Part shown: positions 59,474-64,000 of the stretch, in pieces
Layout of the letters: each line of letters begins with the position of its first letter
How positions within the stretch are numbered: position 1 is the stretch's first letter
Position numbers and translations under genes: made by a program
DNA from: Anthoceros angustus
Lineage: Eukaryota > Plantae > Anthocerotophyta
DNA length: 64,000 bases
Direction: 5' to 3'
Assembly (NCBI GenBank): GCA_010909165.1
Contig: MU008195.1
Coordinates: 372,001 to 436,000, forward strand
Notes under the pieces: generated by a model
Database searches by the model: none
What the model was told of the DNA's origin: nothing
Seen by the model: only the letters and a program-made list of their open reading frames with translations

Positions 59474-61363
59474 ATGGAGTGGCTCTGTCCACTCTGCACT
59501 TACATCAATCCGGGAGGTTCGTTGGAATGTGACGTGTGTGCACAACCATTTGATGCAACTGATGGCATGCCAGGCGTGAATCGAGCAGATGGGAACAACC
59601 CATTGGAAGCTGAGTGGAGTTGTGGGGTTTGCACGTTTTTGAATAGTGCGAATTTGCATCTCTGTGAGATGTGTGGACAAGGGGAAAAACCTGTAGCTGG
59701 ATATCCCGGTGCTACCCGGTCAGTGGGGACCTTTCGGCCCCTTAGGGTGCCGCTAGCTGGCCAACTTACGGATGTTGCTCGTGTCAGTACTGGGGACCAA
59801 GCCCCGAAGGAAGACATGGAAGCGGTCCGCAATGGTGCAGAATCTGCTGATTCCCAGGAACATGTGGATGAGGAACAGGCTTCAGCCCAGGTCTCCGTGG
59901 GAATATCTCCTCCTGTGGAACCAGTTGCGGAGACGCCACTAGTCGTCTCTCACAAGCGCCAGCGAGAGAATGATGACGCTGAGCCACCTGCCTCGAATTC
60001 GCTTCTGAGGAGATTACACGAAGAAAGGATGAGCAGAAGTAGAAGAGCTGAGTCATATGGTAGTCTTTCTGCCAGTAACCATCTGCAAAGCTGACTTGTA
60101 GGACTTCTCAGACTGCATGCCATAAACAGAGTTTTTAAATCCGATGAGCAATTCGAATTGTGAGATTTGTGTATCTTCATGTTTACGGTTTCTCAGTTTG
60201 CCTCCTGCAGGTGGCAATCGTGGGGAAAACTCCATGGCAAGTAAGGAGGAACAGCCAAAAGGTTCGAGTGCTGCAGATGCACCACAGAAATTTTCTCCAG
60301 TTGCCATCATGTTTTACAACGTTTGGTTCCGTGAGGATGTTGAGCTACTGGGCCGTATGGCAGCCATTGGTAGACTTATTGAAGAGCATGAACCTCATGT
60401 GATATGTTTTCAGGTGAGACTTGGACCCGTGGTTGTCTAGCAATGCAGTCCGAAATTCTACAGACATTAAGAACTCAGGTTCTTGCTCTTTCGGCCTGCA
60501 GGAAGTTACTCCTAGTATCTATGACATCTTTCAAAAGTCAGGCTGGTGGAAGCAGTATCGAAGCTCAGTGGCTCCTCAACTGGCATCTTCTCGACCATAT
60601 TTCGCAATGCAGGTTGTATGTGGTGTCTTTTTGCTGGTTGTAGCATGGCTGGGATATGACCTCCTAACTCCCATCAACATGACTGTGCAGCTCGGAAGAT
60701 TGCCCGTGCATTCTTTTCGACGAAGCCCATTTAGCAACTCAGTCATGGGCAGAGAACTTTGTTTAGCTGATGTTGAAGTAGGTACGGGGAAGAACATTGT
60801 AGTGGCAACAACACATTTGGAAAGCCCGTGTCCAGCTCCACCGTCGTGGAATCAGATGTACAGCAAGGAGCGTGTTCAGCAAGCCTCGGAAGCTCTGAAA
60901 TCTTTGAAGGACGTCCCAAATGTTGTATTTGGAGGAGACATGAATTGGAATGACAAGCTCGATGGTGAACCGCCTCTTCCCAGTGGTTGGAGTGATGCAT
61001 GGCTCCAGCTCAAGCCTAGAGAGGTAGCCATCCGTTTGTCTTGAGCTGCCTGTCCAGTAAAGGCTTTGACATTGAACTCACCCTCTTTCACATGCTGCTG
61101 ATTGTTTGCAGCCGGGCCTCACCTATGACAGCAAAGCCAATCCCATGTTGAAAGGTAGCCGTCTCCAGTCGCGGTTGGACAGAGTTTTCTGTCACCTGAA
61201 GGACTTCGACATGGAGAGCATTGAGATGATTGGGTCGCAGCCAATTCCTGGCCTCACTTTCCAGAAGAAGCAGAAGGTGGGGAAGCAGTCCCAGATGGTG
61301 ACGCTGCCAGTGCTGCCGAGTGATCATTTTGGCTTACTTCTCAAAATTCGCCAAAGAGACTAA
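59474..61363 (+). CDS. TDP2: Tyrosyl-DNA phosphodiesterase 2 (two RanBP2-type zinc fingers + EEP domain)
   Basis: WLCPLCTYIN...C..C, WSCGVCTFLN...C..C; YNVWF, FQ|EVT, HLES, GDMNW, TYD...N, RLDR, PSDHFGL. Introns 60414-60501, 60613-60690, 61024-61111, plus one ending at 60210. Confidence 0.9.
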
Positions 61364-62294
61364 AATTTTCTTTCAGTGCTTCCACGTAAGACACGGACTA
61401 GACTCCAATGTTGATCCCGTGTCCGGTGTCAAAATATCAGGGGACACGTGGGAAAGACCTCAAGGTGCCGTGTTGAGCTTCCTGTGTATATTCACGGCAC
61501 CTGTCGCAAGTATGTCAGATGTTTATACAAGGGTCGACTGCTTCCTTGAGTGCCACAGGCGGCTTGCCACGTTTTACCGCGAATCGGAAACTTCTAACTG
61601 TACGTGAGTCCGAGGTACACTACACGTCGCCACTGATGGCTCATGCTTTAGGAAAACTGCTACAAGCCTACTTCGCACAAACCTACATGGAAATCAACAT
61701 TCCTGACACTGCGCTTGTCAGCATACCACATACCAATAAAGATATTTGTCCCACAATGACCAGGAGCAGTTCTCAGAAATCCATCTCGCCTCATGCAAGT
61801 GTCAGCAAAAAGCGCTGGCACCTTCTGTAAAAGAATAGAAACCTTCCTCGCGAAGGTCAAAGTAGTATATTTCGTTCCAGACTTGTTCCATCACCTCAGC
61901 TTTCCCATGGAGTCTGCAAAGGGGTACACTCCAAAACCATTGCAATCTTCTTCTCCTCTCCTCTGCCAGTGCGCCTGAACGAATCAACATATCGAGCACA
62001 CAACCTAGTGCCTCCATCAGCTTACGAATAGAACAACACAACAAACCACCAAAAAACCTGGTCTCAATTTGGAGGCCGAAGAAACGGCCTCAGCATCACC
62101 TCCCTGGCATGGTGCATCAGGAGACATCCAGGCTTCAGTAAAATACTTCCTCAAAAGAGTCGAACGGCCAGTGTGACCTCCTTTCCCATTGTGACCTCCT
62201 TTCCCAGTGTGACCTCCTTACCATCTGAATCTCTCCAAATAGGTGAATGAGAAGACTAAGCAAGTAGCAAACCCTGTAAGCTAGCAGCCCTGTT

Positions 62295-62957
62295 CTACGC
62301 ACGACAAGACGGTAGTGTCAACCCGCCACAGAAGAAGGAAACGATGATGTACACCAAGACGATGATGAGGCAAGTCAATGAAGCCAGCAGCTTAGTATTC
62401 TGCAACCACAGCGACTGCCGAAGACGACGGGACTGCTTCTGAAACCTAAAACTGTTGTCCTGTATCGTAGCAGTTTTGTCTACCAGTAGCTCGATTCTGT
62501 CCCCTCGTTCCAAAACCTTGTCAATATTCTCCACCATCACCTTGTGCACCTCGGCCATCTCTCCCTTCACCCTGGTGATGGTGTCGGCATTGGGGTTATT
62601 CGAATAGTACTCCATCTGCTGGTTCAAACTCCTGGAAAACTCATCGTTCATGGCATACGGCAGCGCAGTGGAAGCCACTCTCCCATACGCCTTCATAAAT
62701 CTGCCATGAATGTCCTCCAGAAACGCGAACGGAATCCTCCTCCCCATGGTTTCGTCCGCCATACACAGGAAAGCCAGCCCGTCTGCCTTCATGATGTGGA
62801 AAATATGGCGGTCCTGGGAGTAGGAAGCCCGCGTCTCCGGGACCGCTGGCACCCTCTCCAAAATACGCCGCGCAATGGTCCCCGCGTTGCTGGAAGCAGC
62901 GGTGAACTCAGCCAGCACCAAGGTGCCTCTGGCTACCAGCGCGTACAAAATCGCCAT
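62295..62957 (-). CDS. VAMP714: VAMP71-clade R-SNARE (longin + synaptobrevin + TM), intronless
   Basis: MAILYALVARGTLVLAEF, GRRIPFAFLEDIH, MNDEFSR, VMVENIDKVLERGDRIELLVDKT, TM...FCGG; 220 aa. Confidence 0.9.
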   Translation of the reverse strand: MAILYALVARGTLVLAEFTAASSNAGTIARRILERVPAVPETRASYSQDRHIFHIMKADGLAFLCMADETMGRRIPFAFLEDIHGRFMKAYGRVASTALPYAMNDEFSRSLNQQMEYYSNNPNADTITRVKGEMAEVHKVMVENIDKVLERGDRIELLVDKTATIQDNSFRFQKQSRRLRQSLWLQNTKLLASLTCLIIVLVYIIVSFFCGGLTLPSCRA

Positions 62958-64000
62958 GGCTCCCTTTCCCCCGAGGCCGAGTCGCCAGTCAGATCGTGAG
63001 CGCGGGCGCAATCCAGAGCACAAATCCGCTCCCAATTCAAACCTCGACCTTCACGATCCGGCTGCAGACAAGCGCGCCTGTGCCTGGGCCTTCGCGCTCA
63101 GATCTCCATCCGTCCCGCCGCGCCCGCCTCGCTATTACCCCTCGGGAGAAAAGAGCCAAGTCTGTAACGCAGTCTACTAATATATAGTGTAACATAAAAG
63201 TGCTTTAGATAGCGTGCTAAACGCGAAACGCTAAACTGGATCCAACATGGCCAGTTGATGAACTTGGCACAAGCCTCTGGCCAGGCTCCAATTCCAGCGT
63301 CACACCATCGAGATCCAGCAAGCAGGCCATGAGGAGCCTGCCGTCCCTGAAGGCCTCGGGCGTGGTTGCAGAGGAATTCGAGGTTGAGGGAAATGGCGGA
63401 TGCTGCCGGTCGTGGTGCATTCGGACGGCATCCGTGGAGTATTCTGAGGCTCGCACTTCGGGGAGGGCCGTGGAGGTCTGCATTTTCTGTTGCTGGGGAC
63501 ATTTGTTGGATTTGGTTAGGGAGTGTGCCTGATTTTCTGAGGATTGCAGGTGGATGGAGAGTTGTGTGTGCAAGGTGTGAGAACCTATGCTTTCCATGCT
63601 GCAGAAGCATCGTTTGAGAAGCTGGAGAAGCCATATCCCGGAGTGAGGGTTTCAGCCTCAGGTGACTGGATTTCAGCTGCTTTGGTTACAGGGCAGTGAA
63701 AGTTTTGGATGGCGTTTGTTTTTTGTTGTTTGAAGAGTTAAATGTGAGTTGATTCTGTGGTTGTGTTGATGCAGGGAAGCTGCATGTTGAAGATCTGGGT
63801 CGAGGTCTGAGGTTCAGCTGCGGGCAGTTTGTGAGTCATTGCTGGTGCCCTCGTTGTGTGCATATAGGAAGGTTGGATTGGTTTGATTTGGTGTGGTGTG
63901 TTGTTTTGCTCGTTGCCAGACGTGGTTGCCAGGATTGCAGAGTCTGAGCCTGGGTGGAAATGTGACTACTGTCATTCCTAATGAGCTGGAACTCACTTGC

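Overview
Gene-dense nuclear DNA of a land plant. The 60-140 bp introns, GC3-rich exons, PLS-type PPR remnants, 4-intron legumin and non-angiosperm-type hybrid histidine kinase suggest a non-seed plant, plausibly a Selaginella-like lycophyte (inference). Positions 1-27.4 kb are a near-identical tandem triplication (units start at 1, 12528, 24620). Each full unit holds an LRR-VIII-1 receptor kinase, two OST4/snoRNA modules, tRNA-Glu(CTC), an inverted kinase fragment, an AT-rich island with an intronless OTU deubiquitinase, and a thioredoxin-like gene. RLK copies 1 and 2 are A/B paralog chimeras with different breakpoints. The rest of the window has the only intact OST4, an RNI-like LRR pseudogene, a second AT-rich island with an F-box-like orphan, three LEA_2/NHL genes, PPR and copia remnants, a very Met-rich 11S globulin, an inverted RLK/TRX block, a SUB1-like gene, a 2-TM hybrid histidine kinase, TDP2 and an intronless VAMP71. 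Best candidates for new biology: (1) OST4 as host of an intronic U80/snR60-type snoRNA, with reciprocal loss of protein versus snoRNA among copies; (2) receptor chimeras made by unequal crossover; (3) TE-like islands carrying ubiquitin-system genes; (4) an 11S globulin with about 10% Met; (5) a histidine kinase with a non-canonical H-box. Many 1-bp homopolymer indels in 1-26 kb look like sequencing error, so frameshifts there are not proof of pseudogenes. All family assignments are by eye and memory; no searches were run.
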